From positions 512,001 to 576,000 of the forward strand of contig CAWCBP010000001.1 in assembly GCA_963793865.1 (NCBI GenBank): DNA of 64,000 nt, in the 5' to 3' direction. The stretch comes from an uncultured delta proteobacterium. GTDB taxonomy: Bacteria > Desulfobacterota > WTBG01. The stretch's first letter is position 1. Each line of letters begins with the position of its first letter. A program made the position numbers and the translations under genes. Below are positions 50,866-62,402 of this stretch, in pieces. The notes beneath the pieces were generated by a model. That model had not been told where the DNA came from, searched no databases, and worked only from the letters and a program-made list of their open reading frames with translations.

Positions 50866-51961
50866 ATGGCCCGTGCTGCAGTCGTGTCCCTGCTTGTTCC
50901 GGCGATGCATTTTCCTCCTTGCGGGCCGTGCCCGGGCGGTTGACGAAGAGAATTGCCTTTTCTGTCACGGGTATCGGGGGCTGAGCTATATCACCAGCGA
51001 AGGGAAGGACGCCGCCGGCGGTCAGGAAGGGGAATTCAGGCTGCTGTACGTTACCGAAGACCTTTATCTTAACAGCCCTCATGGTAATTTGAAATGTTCC
51101 GACTGCCACACCGGTATTGAAAAATTTCCTCATGGAGAGGTGAAAAAGGTTGACTGCCTGATTGTCTGTCATATGAATGAGCCCTCCTCAGGACTTCCCT
51201 TCTCCCACCAGCAGGTGGGCGAGCACCTTGCCCGCAGCGTTCACAGCCGGCTTGACAAGGATGACAAACCCAAGGAGCATCAGGACGATTATCCTACCTG
51301 CATAACCTGTCACCAGGATCCGCTCTACCGGCCCCTCTCATTTCTTAAAGAAAACATGCCCGGCCTTGAGGAGAAGACCATTCAGCGCTGTTCGGTCTGC
51401 CATGAGGAAAACGCTTTCATGGTGAAGTTTTTCAGCCACTTTACCTCGCGAATGCAGCAGCTTCGCAAGCCCGGGGAAGTGGTGGAGATGTGCGGCAGGT
51501 GTCACGGCGATACCCGGATGATGGAGCGCCACGGACTTTCCAACCTGCTGAAATCCTACATGGAGACCTACCATGGCAAGGCGTTAGCCTTCGGTGACGA
51601 AATGGCGGCCGATTGCATCGATTGCCATGTACTGCACGGGCAGTCAGTCCACGATATCAAGTCCATGGATGATCCCGCGTCGGCTTCCTATCACGAGAAC
51701 ATTTTCAAAACCTGTTCGGACATTGACTGTCATCCGGGATCGGCAATGAACCTGGCTGGCTACAAGGCTCACGTGGTGCTCACCCCCTCAAAAAATCCGG
51801 TTGAATTTTACGTCGCCTGTTTTTTTGTGCTATTGACCCTGGGAAGCTTTATACCACTCATGATCTTTACCGTGCTGGATATGGCACGGAATGTTTTTCC
51901 CAACGCGGTGCTGCCGGTTTTGTTCTTTAAGAGACGAAGAATCCGCAAGAAGACGACATGA
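50866..51961 (+). CDS. multiheme cytochrome c with C-terminal TM (module B, part 1; probable frameshift near 50908 in the signal peptide)
   Basis: 6 CxxCH plus CLIVCH and CSDIDCH; repaired signal MARAAVVSLLVPAMIFLLAGRARA|V; start could be 50821. Confidence 0.85.
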
Positions 51962-53637
51962 GAAAGATTAACGTCATTGAAAAAAACGGAAATCTCTATT
52001 TCCAGCGTCTGACCCTAAATCAGCGATTGCAGCATATTGCCATTTTTTTATCCTTCACCGTGCTGGCTGTAACCGGTCTTCCCCTGAAGTTTCATCATAC
52101 CTTGTGGGGCGAACGGCTGTACGGGTATGTGGGCGGTATTAGCATTGCCCCCTTCATTCACCGGGTCAGTGCCGTTGCCATGACCCTCGCTTTTGTCTAC
52201 CACTTTTTGTACATTCTTGTATGCGCCTGGAAGTATTATCTCCTGCCGTTGCGTGAACGGGGAGAACTGTCGCTTACAAGCGGACTTCAGGCCCTGATGC
52301 GTATGCCCATGGTGCCAAACCTCACTGACATTAAAGAACTGCGCGCCGCCCTGAAATATTTTTTCTTTCTTACCAGGAAGCGTCCCTCACTGGTAGCGCA
52401 CGGGCTGAAAGAGAAGTTCGGTTACCTGGCGGTTTTCTGGGGCATACCGGTTATCGGCGCCTCGGGTTATTTTCTCTGGGGAGAGTCATTCTTTACCCGG
52501 TTTTTTTCCGGTAACGTGCTCAATTTCGCCTATATCGCGCACAGTGATGAGGCGCTGCTTGCCTCCATTGTAATCTTCATCTGGCATATTTACAATGTGC
52601 ATCTGACGCCGGCTGTTTTCCCCATGGGCAAGGCCTGGCTTTACGGCTTCGTGGGTGAAAAGGAGATGATCCAGTATCATTACCAGGATTACCTGAACGC
52701 CATGAAGGATGCAGGCTGCGAGGACCGGATCAAACCTCTCAGGGAGAGCTATGTGTACGAGGGAGGAATCTTACGGACGATTTTCATGAAGGGGTTCATG
52801 TCCGTTATGTTCGTGGCGGTTCTTGGAGCTTCCTTCATTATTTGCAAGGTTATTTATGAATCGGTGTTTGTCTTCGGCTACCAGATTGTTACCACGGAGT
52901 CAGCCCCCGCGGTAGAGCCGCTGGTGCAGCCCGACTTTATCCAGGAGATTGTCCTTGAGGACGAGGAGCAGAAGACCTTTTACCGGGGATACCGGTTCGT
53001 GCAGGAGAAAATGATCAAGGATCACTATCACCGCATCGAACTGGAAATTACCCCCGATGAGACCTCCCACTGCATTAAATGCCACGGTGACCTGCCTCAC
53101 GGCAAGTCCGAACATATCAGGGCGTTCCTCAACATGCACAATCTCTATTTTGCCTGTCAGACCTGCCATGTGCGGCCGTCCGCAGCGGAAGAACGGTTGC
53201 CGTACTACTGGTGTGACCGCAAAACCGGGGATGTGGTGCTCAACCCTGACATCGCCGACAAACCCATCGATTCACTGGGCATCCGCCTGACACCGTGTGT
53301 GACGTGCGGTGTTGCAATGGACCGGGATGCCGTTGCGCGCGAAAGGAAGAGTACGGAGAGTCTCATGGAGAGAATACAGGGAGAGGGCATTCCCAGAGCG
53401 GAGAAAAAGGAAATCGTGAAACAGATCCATGAGCATGTTGCCGAGCAGCCGCTGTCCTGCCGTGAGTGTCATACCCGGGAGAACCCGTTTCTCCCGTTCC
53501 GCACCGTAGGGTACTCTGAACAGCGAATTGCCCAGGTGGCAAGCGACCAGATAACCAAGATGATCAATGAATACAAGGAATTTTACACGCCCACATTCCT
53601 CGAACCGGGAAGAGGAACACGTGATGCCGGGGAGTAA
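51958..53637 (+). CDS. cytochrome b fused to triheme cytochrome c (module B, parts 2+3)
   Basis: QRLQH, IHR...YH, AH...WH, then CIKCH, CQTCH, CRECH in a single frame. Confidence 0.9.
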   Translation: MRKINVIEKNGNLYFQRLTLNQRLQHIAIFLSFTVLAVTGLPLKFHHTLWGERLYGYVGGISIAPFIHRVSAVAMTLAFVYHFLYILVCAWKYYLLPLRERGELSLTSGLQALMRMPMVPNLTDIKELRAALKYFFFLTRKRPSLVAHGLKEKFGYLAVFWGIPVIGASGYFLWGESFFTRFFSGNVLNFAYIAHSDEALLASIVIFIWHIYNVHLTPAVFPMGKAWLYGFVGEKEMIQYHYQDYLNAMKDAGCEDRIKPLRESYVYEGGILRTIFMKGFMSVMFVAVLGASFIICKVIYESVFVFGYQIVTTESAPAVEPLVQPDFIQEIVLEDEEQKTFYRGYRFVQEKMIKDHYHRIELEITPDETSHCIKCHGDLPHGKSEHIRAFLNMHNLYFACQTCHVRPSAAEERLPYYWCDRKTGDVVLNPDIADKPIDSLGIRLTPCVTCGVAMDRDAVARERKSTESLMERIQGEGIPRAEKKEIVKQIHEHVAEQPLSCRECHTRENPFLPFRTVGYSEQRIAQVASDQITKMINEYKEFYTPTFLEPGRGTRDAGE

Positions 53638-54574
53638 ACCGTTCATTCGTACGCTGCAGGCGTGCTGCCTGTTTTTTCTCGCTCTCGCCGGTGCGGGCAT
53701 GGTGCGGGCGCAGGGGCCAATGCCGGTTATTGCCTCGCGTCATCTCTTTGACCTGGAGGCCCAATTGTTGCATCCCAGCGACGTGGCGCTCGGTTTGGAG
53801 GGACGCATCTATGTCCTTGACGGCGTAAATAACCGCGTGGTTATCTTTACCTCGGCGGGGAAATATGCTGCTTCGTTCGGTGCCGGAGGGAAGGGGAGGG
53901 TCGGGCTGAAGAGCCCGCTGGGCCTGGACATCGACAGGGACGGCACGGTCTATATCGCCGATTCGGGCAATCGTCTCATTCAGGTATTCGGTCCCCTCGG
54001 AGAATTCAGGTTTGAGTTTCCGGTAAAGCCGCAGGGAAGCGGCCGGCCGGCTGACCCGGTGGATGTGGTGCTCGATGAGTCGCAGGACCGCTGCTACGTG
54101 ATCGACAACGACAACCACCGGATTCTGGTTTACGGTAAGGATGGGTCCGGCCCGCTCAAGGTGTGGGGCGGCAGCGGCGAGAAGCCGGGGGAGTTTCAAT
54201 ACCCCTTCCTGGGCACTCTGGACAGCCAGTCAACCCTCCTGGTGGTGGATGTTCTTAACACCCGGGTGCAGGCCATCAACACCGAAGGCAGGGCCATGGC
54301 TTACATAGGCAAGTGGGGAGTGGACCGGGGGCAATTTTACCGGCCCAAGGGTGTCGCCGTGGATAAAAAAGACCGCATCTATGTAAGTGACAGCTACCTG
54401 GGAGTGGTGCAGGTTTTTGAAAGATTTAGAAAATTTCTGGGTGTTGTGGGCAATCACGAAAAGCAGATGATAAAGTTTTCAACACCGGTGGGCATCACCA
54501 TAGGTGATGATTTAAGGCTGTACGTGGTGGAAATGCAGCTCAATAAAGTGTCGGTCTATCAGATAGTGGAATAG
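53624..54574 (+). CDS. exported NHL-repeat protein (copy 2)
   Basis: HPSDVA...YVLDGVNNRV, YRPKGVA, YVSDSYLG. Confidence 0.9.
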   Translation: MPGSKPFIRTLQACCLFFLALAGAGMVRAQGPMPVIASRHLFDLEAQLLHPSDVALGLEGRIYVLDGVNNRVVIFTSAGKYAASFGAGGKGRVGLKSPLGLDIDRDGTVYIADSGNRLIQVFGPLGEFRFEFPVKPQGSGRPADPVDVVLDESQDRCYVIDNDNHRILVYGKDGSGPLKVWGGSGEKPGEFQYPFLGTLDSQSTLLVVDVLNTRVQAINTEGRAMAYIGKWGVDRGQFYRPKGVAVDKKDRIYVSDSYLGVVQVFERFRKFLGVVGNHEKQMIKFSTPVGITIGDDLRLYVVEMQLNKVSVYQIVE

Positions 54575-54580
54575 GAGCCG

Positions 54581-56646
54581 ATGAAAACGGGATGTTCGCA
54601 ACCAGCGCGGGGATGTGACGGGTTGTGCAGCGCAGTGCTTGTATGCACCTGTGCCCTGTTGCTTTCCTGGTGTCTGCTTGCACCGGCACGGGCGCAGATG
54701 CTTCATCCCGACAAACCCGATTCGGCCAAAAAATGCGCGATCTGCCACCTTGAGTGGGTGTATCCCTTTTATGCCGAACATCGTGACGGCGAACTCATCG
54801 CCCGGTCCAAGGGAGAAGTGGTCGCCTCAGCGGAGATGTGCTTTTCCTGCCACGACGGTTCGGTAGCCGATTCCCGCAAAACCGTCTTTCATGATCCCGG
54901 CCATCGTGCAGGTGTGCTTCCTTCGGATAGAATTACCGTACCCAAAGACTTTCCTCTCGATAATCAGGGAAGACTTCAGTGCGCTACCTGTCACACGCCT
55001 CATGCCCTTGCGGGCAAGGCCGGTGAAGCCATAGAAATTTTTTTCAGGGTTACCAACCGGGATTCCAACCTGTGCCGGACCTGCCACCGCGATAAAGAAG
55101 GGGGCCCCGCGCGGGGCAATCACTCGATTAATGTGACGGTGTCAAAGCAACCTGATGCGGTCGTGCTTGCCGGCGGCCGCTTCGGTGATACCGTGCCGGA
55201 CGGGATTATTTGTGAAACCTGCCATGTTGCCCATGGCGGTGTGAACGACAAGTTTCTGGTGCTGTCTGCGGAAGATACCAGCCGTTCTGTTCTGTGCATT
55301 GCCTGTCATGGTTACAGCCCCCTTGCCCCGGGCAGCAGCCCGGCTGACGCGGGGAGCCACCCGGTTAATGTGAAGCCGCGGCGATGCAGGCTTCCCTCCC
55401 GCTGGTCAACCGGCGCGGCGGTGGTGGCGGGCAGCAACGGTGAGCTGATCTGCCGAACCTGCCACAGTCCGCACGGCGCTTTTGACAACAATCATCTGCT
55501 GGTTGAACACAACACCAGGGACTCCATCTGCCTGCAGTGCCACGGGGATAAAAAGTCCATTGCCGGCTCCAGCCATGATCTGAAAACCAGCGCCCCGGAT
55601 GAAACGAACATCAGGGGAGAGCCGGCGGCCTCGCTGGGGCCGTGTTCCTCCTGCCATCTCGTCCACCGGGGGGCGGGCCGGCTGATGTGGGCCCGGCAGC
55701 AGCGGATTGACCAGCGGCCGGGGGATAGCTGCCTGAACTGCCACTCACCCGATGGCGTGGCCAAAAAGATGCTGCCCGCTTCCTTTTCCCATCCTATGGG
55801 AATTACCGTATCGCTTCCGGGCAGATCGCTTTCGCTTCCCCTGTTCGATGGACGGGGAGAAAATGTGCAGGGGGAAATCCGCTGTACGACCTGCCATGAG
55901 TTGCACAATCCCCTGCCCTTATACCAGGACCCTGCCCGGGCAGGCACAACCCACAGCACGTTTCTTCGCCGGGGTGAGAAGGGCAGGTCCGGGGTGTGCA
56001 TTGACTGTCATCAGCGTTATGAACTGGTCGAGGATACGGATCATGACCTGCGATTGACGGCCCCATCTTTTAAGAATATCTCTGGGAAAACGCCGGAGCA
56101 GGGAGGCCTGTGCAGTTCCTGTCACGTGGCACACGGAGCACGTAATCAGAAGCACCTCTGGTCAGCTCCTCTCGGTCCGACCCTGATTGAGGGCTGGAAT
56201 CCGTCGTACACGACCCCCGATAATATTATGACCCGGTTATGCACGGGGTGTCATGCCCCGGAAGGGATTGCCGGGAAACACGTTCCTCAGTTTGGGCTGC
56301 ATCCCCGGGAGAACCTGCAGGTGGTGGGAGGGGAGCATCTCCTTTGAAAAGACCAAAGATGAGTTTCCGGTTTTTACCGATGATGGCGATATCGCCGCTA
56401 ACGGCGCTATTGTTTGCTCGACCTGCCATAATCCGCACCAGTGGAACCCCTCTGCCCGCGATAAAAGGGCCAGGCAGGCCGGCGGTGGACGGGGAAGGGA
56501 ATGTGACCAACAGCTTTTTGAGGCCCAACCTTCATACTAAGTTCTGCACCGGGTGCCACGGCGGCGAAAGCATAGTGATGTTCAAGTATTTTCACAGCGC
56601 CATCGGAAGGCAGAAAAAGCAAGAAAACGCTCCCTTTGCGCAATAA
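54581..56646 (+). CDS. multiheme cytochrome c, about 16 hemes (frameshifts near 56330 and 56466)
   Basis: 14 CxxCH in 54581-56347 plus CSTCH and CTGCH downstream; KPDSAKKCAICH start shared with the paralogues. Confidence 0.87.
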
Positions 56647-56667
56647 TAGCGACCGGATAACTCTGCA

Positions 56668-57646
56668 ATGAGCATGAAAAGAATGTGTTGTAACAGTAAC
56701 CTGATATGCGGTTTTATCACGCTGGCCGTCACCGTATTGCTGTGTTTCCCCGGCAGTCCCGCCCATGCCTATAAAGTGACGCGGGTTACACATCTCCTGG
56801 ATCTCTCCCAGGGATTCCTTCAGCCAAGCGACGTGGCCGTGGGCCAGAACGGCCTCATCTATGTGGTGGATGGCGTGAATAACCGCGTTGTGGTCTTTGA
56901 CCGGTCGGGAAAGATGAGCTTCAGCTTCGGCACAAGGGGATCTGACCGGGGGCAGTTCAATGCGCCGCTTGGGAATCAGCAACTGATCGGGGTGGTAACG
57001 TCTATATTGCCGATACAGGGAACCGCCGGGTGCAGATTTTTACCGCGCGGGGAAGTGTCACGTCCATTGTTCCCATCGCATCTGCGGCAGGTGAGAAACC
57101 GGCCGATCCGGTTGACTGTGCGGTTGATGACACCCGGCAGCGGCTCTATGTGGTCGATAACGACAACCATCACCTGCTGGTGTATTCACTGACTGACTTG
57201 AAGCTTGTGGAACGCTGGGGTTCCGAGGGTGACGGCACCCGTGCCTTCCGATATCCCTTCCTCACCGCACTTGGCGCCGATACCGCCGTGCTGGTGGTCG
57301 ATGTGCTCAATACCCGGGTCCAGGTCTGGTCACCCCGGGAGAAGTGATTTCCAGCATAGGGGGGTACGGGGTTGACCTCGGGCAGCTTTACCGGCCGAAG
57401 GGTGTGTGCATTAACGGAGAGAATACTGTTTTTGTGAGTGACAGCTATCTCGGCGCCATTCAGGTATTTAATCGCTTCGGCAATTTTCAATCGGTGGTGG
57501 CTGATGAGCAAGGGAATGTTTTGCAATGGACGGCACCGGTCGGCATAACCATAGACGACCGGCAGAACCTGTATGTGGTGGATATGCTGGCAAACCGGGT
57601 GCGAGTTTATCATATTGTGGATACGGTTGAAAAGGATAGGTTATAA
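56668..57646 (+). CDS. exported NHL-repeat protein (copy 3; frameshifts near 56974, 56981 and 57338)
   Basis: Three fragments collinear with copies 1 and 2. Confidence 0.82.
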
Positions 57647-60321
57647 TGAACAGACACCGGATGATCAGACTCTCTCTGTGTTTCAGCCTGTTTGCTTTAT
57701 TGTCCTTGCACGCTGCAGAACTTCTTGCCAGTGATCCGCAGAATTGTCTTTTTTGTCATAAGTACCGCAGGCTCAGAGTGTATGATGAGGCGGGAACGCT
57801 CAACAATTATTATGTTGATACCACGACTTTTCATCAGTCCATCCACCGTTCGGTAACCTGCATCGGGTGTCATAGCGATGTGAGCAAGGTGCCCCACGGT
57901 GAGGTTGAACACGTCGACTGTGCCAAGATCTGCCACCTGGACCGGTTTGCGGTCATGACCGGAGAGAATTTTTCCCACAGCGACGTGGCGAACAATCTGC
58001 GGCAGAGCGTGCACGGCGTGAAGCCTGATGACCCGCCTGAGGTTGCCCAGCTCAAACCCGATTGCAAATACTGTCATTTGAATGATCTGTATGCCCTGCC
58101 GGAGGAACTGCCCACCGATGCGGTGCTGAAGCGCTGTCTCAACTGCCACAAGGAGGAGGGCCTCCACGAGGTCTTCACCCACATATCACACCGTTTCAAA
58201 CTCAAGACCAGCCGACCGCCCCTGGAGATTGTGGAGCTCTGTTCGAGCTGTCATGCTGACCGGGACTTTCACACGGTCATGGGATTTACCGGGCCCAGGG
58301 CGGAGGCGGTTGAGACCTACAAGGAGACCATCCACTATCGGATTCTCCAGCTGGGGGGAAAGGATACGGCCCACTGTATCAGCTGCCACGCCTCTGAAAG
58401 CATACATGATATAAGACCTCCGTCCGATCCCCAATCCTCCCTCCATCCTGACAAACGCTATGAGACCTGCAGGGCGGGTGAGTGCCATACCGGCGCCAGC
58501 CCCATGATTGCATCAGTGGACAGCCACCTGAGCAAGCACAAGGACAAGGGGCCCGAGATTCATATCGTGGAAATCATCATGCAAGGGGTGATGTTCTTCA
58601 CGCTTTTCTTTCTCTTCACCCTCATGGGAATGGAAACCTACCGGCGGCTGCGAAACAGGGATGCCAGGTTTTTCCGCTGGCTGAGAAAGCCGAAGCCCCT
58701 GCATCAAACCGACCTGGAAGTAAAAGGACCCCGCTTCCGCATTCCCAATCTGCACCGCTATGTCACCTTCAACCCCAAAGGTGATTATACCCGCTATTCC
58801 ATGCACATTGTCATTAATCACACGCTCATGGTCATAGCCTTTACCGTATCGGTGATAACCGGGCTGCCGCTCTTTTTTCACAATTCTGCCTCTTTCCCAT
58901 CAGGTCATCGATCTTATGGGAGGCATCAATACAACCCGCTTACATCCACCGGCTGAGCGCGATACTCTTCACTGCCGATTGTATATACCACGTGCTGGTG
59001 CTCCTCTGCGGTTCCGTAAAAAAGCTGTTACAGAGTTCCTTTGATGTGAGGCGTACCCAGGTCCCGCTGCTCAAAGGATGCCAAGGATCTGTATCAGGAT
59101 TTTCGCTATTTTCTGGGCTTGAGCGCGACCCGGCCGCCAATGGAAAAGTTCATGTATAAACAGAAGGTGCACTATCTGGCCATGGTCTGGGGATGTTCGG
59201 TGCTTACCCTCTCCGGCTGCTGCCTGCTCTTCCCCGAGCTGATGGTGAAGTATCTGCCCTTTCCCAAGGTATCATTTAACGTGCTTCGGCTGATGCACGC
59301 CGAGGAATCCGTTCTGGCATTTTTGGTAATAACCCTGTGGCACATGTATAACGTGCACGTTGCGCCTGGCCGCTTCCCGGTGCAGTGGACCTTCTGGAAC
59401 GGGAAGATCAACAAGGACCATCAAATCGAAGAGCACTATCTCGAGTACGAGCGACAGGTGAAGGAGGGCATCGCGCAGGACGAGGCGGCAGGGCTGCCCG
59501 CAGCTCCTGCCGGTTCCCGCCCCTCAGAGCCGGTCAAAAAATCTTCATTTGAGGCCTGGCTGATTTTTGTCATGACGCTTTTTCTTGCAGCCGGAGCCAG
59601 CGGCTATTTGACGTTCCGGGTGCAGTTTGAAAAGAAAAAGGAGCCCCCCGCCGCAAAAACGATAGAGGCTTCCTACCAGACCCTGCGCGTCAAAGACCAG
59701 GAGCGGAAGCAGCTGCATGAACATTTCCATCTCACCACCGAGGACCGCAACCTGGAGGCGTGGGCGGAAAAGGATGCCTGCATCATCTGCCATTCCCCGT
59801 ATCCCCACGGGAAAAAGTCCAAGGCCAAGGCGCTGATGAACCTGCATACCGAGTTTTTAACCTGCCAGTCCTGCCATATAAAAATAGAGCAGGGAGAGCA
59901 GATACGATTCGGCTGGATCAATCCCACCGGATTCAAGCCCACCGGGAAGCCGTATGGCACAACCATCGATCCGCAAACCGGCATGTTTGCGCAGACGGAT
60001 GATCACTATTCAAAACTAACCCCCTTCCGAAAGGTTGATGGGGCGTGGGGGCCGGTCATACCGCAGACGGCAGCAGAGCTGGATCTCAAGCCGACCGTTG
60101 ATTACAGCCATATTGAGGATTGGGAAAAGTACCATACGGAAACCGAACTCGATGAATTCGTGCGGTGCTCGTCCTGCCATGCTCCCGCCGGGATCCTGGA
60201 TTTTGCCGGCCTCGGCTTTGAGCCCGCCCGGGTGAACCAGCTGGAAAGGCTCGAGGTGAGCGGCATGTTTACCAATTACGAGGTGTTTTACTTTCCCGAT
60301 CTGTTTCAGGATAAATTCTAG
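57646..60321 (+). CDS. fused multiheme c - cytochrome b - triheme c protein (module C; +1 insertions near 58891, 58940 and 59075)
   Basis: 6 CxxCH plus CAKICH and CRAGECH run in frame into cyt b helix 1 (VINHTLM); the second half of cyt b runs in frame into CIICH, CQSCH, CSSCH. Confidence 0.82.
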
Positions 60322-60331
60322 CAGGCTGTTG

Positions 60332-62342
60332 ATGAGTATGAGAAGCAGTATATTTCTCTTTTCAGTTCTGGTGTGGCAGACTGCGGTCGCGGTTTCAGGC
60401 GCCGATGGGCAGACAATGGACCATGCCCGGAAGGCGGATACGGCGAAGAAGTGCAGCATCTGCCATTACCGCTGGGTGTACACCTTCTATGTGGAGCACC
60501 GTCCAACGCCCATTGCGCCGCTGCAGGAGAAAAAGGTCGAGGGAGAACAGCGGATGTGCCTTTCCTGTCATGACGGCTCGGTTCGTGATTCACGCGACAG
60601 GATCTGCAATGATCCGGGTCACCGGGTCGGGGTAAAGCCTTCCGCAGCGATTCGGATTCCGGAGAACTTCCCGCTGGATGAGCAGGGCGGGCTGCTCTGC
60701 GTCACCTGTCATACCCCTCATGCACTGACCAAAGACGACGATCGCCTGGTGGAATTTTTTCTGCGCGCGCCGAATACCAACTCCTCGCTCTGCAAGCAGT
60801 GCCATATAACCAGGCAGGGAGGAAAGACGCAGGGGAATCATCCGATTGACATAGCAGCCCCTTCAAATCCTGCTCCCATCATCGAGGCGGGAGGCAGGAT
60901 GGGGACCGAGCGCCCGTATCAGATAATCTGCGAGACCTGCCATATTCCCCACGGGGGGGTGAACAACAAGTTTCTGGTGCTTTCGGTGGAGGATCCCAGG
61001 ACCAGATCAGTGCTGTGCGAGGTGTGCCATACCGCAAAGCCGGGGCTGGCAGCCGATGCCTCACTCAACCGCTTTTCCCACCCGATGGATCTGACCGCCG
61101 ATAGTCGGGTGAGCATACCGAAAAAGTGGAAAGGGGGAGGCGCCGTGGTGCTCGGGAGCGGCGGTGAACTGGTATGCCGTACCTGCCATATACCGCATGG
61201 TGCGGCCGACAAAGACTACCTGCTTGCCGAGCGCAACCAGCAGGATTCCCTCTGCGTGCAGTGTCACGCTGATCAGCGGGGGATCGCCGATGCCAGCCAC
61301 TACCGGAAGGTAATCAGCCGGGATGAACGGAATATCAAAGGGCAGGCGGCATCAGCCCTCGGCCCCTGTTCCCCCTGTCACCTGGTGCATCAAGGAACGG
61401 ATGAGCTGATGTGGGCGCGGCGAGTGCCAAAGCCGTCTGCTCCGCCCGGGGAAATCTGCAAGAGCTGCCACTCGCCGGAGGGCGAGGCCAAAGAGGTGGT
61501 TCCTGCTCCCTATTCGCATCCCATGAATAGTGCCGCGTCGCTTCCCGGCACATCGCTCGTGCTTCCGCTCTTTGCCGGGCCGGGGAAAAACCGGGAGGGG
61601 GAAATCCGCTGCAGCACCTGCCATGATTTTCACAACCCCCTTCCCCTGCGGCCTGGTAGGGCACCTGCCGCTGAAAAGCAGGGCGCCTATCTGCGCCTGT
61701 CGGCGGATGGCGCTTCAGCCCTTTGCGTGAACTGCCACCCCGGCCAGGCTTTGGTTAAGGGAACGGATCATGACCTCGGAGTGACCGCCCCCGATTATAT
61801 TGCCGGCCTTGAGAAACCGGTTGCGCCGGGTGATACATGCGCATGCTGTCACCGGGCGCACGCAACCAAACCGCTTCCCTATCTCTGGTCTGCGCCCCTT
61901 GGACCCGAGCGTGATTGAAGGCTGGGAAAAGACGGCTACGGCACAGAGCGATGTGATGGTCATGATGTGTACCGGCTGTCACGCACCGGGAAGGGTTGCC
62001 CAGGCAGCGGTTCCGAGTTTTGGCCTCCATCCCCGCGAGAAGACGGTACCGGGGATGCCGGTGGTGGAAATGACGGAGGTAACTGGCAGGTTTCCTCTCT
62101 TTACCGATGAGGGTGAGAAAAAAGCAGAAGGACATATTGTTTGTGCAACCTGCCATAATCCCCATCAATGGGATCCCCGCCTGGATTCGCCGGGAGAGGG
62201 GAAGAACAGCAAGGGCAATGTGACAAACAGTTTTTTAAGACCAAACCTCGCTGCCGAGTTTTGCAGCGGATGTCATGGATTGGAAGCCATCACCAGATTC
62301 ACTTATTTTCACAGCCCGCAGGGAAGAAAAACCGGCAATTGA
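60332..62342 (+). CDS. multiheme cytochrome c, about 16 hemes (frameshift near 61907)
   Basis: 13 CxxCH plus CTGCH, CATCH, CSGCH; paralogue of 54581-56646. Confidence 0.87.
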
Positions 62343-62402
62343 GCCGATGGCCGGTCAGCGTGCCCCTGGTGCCGGCACATCTCTCTTTCGAAAACGATGT
62401 CT

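Noticed and set aside
53297..53311. CVTCG as a fourth heme site
   Set aside because: No His after the second Cys, and it is absent from the other two triheme domains.
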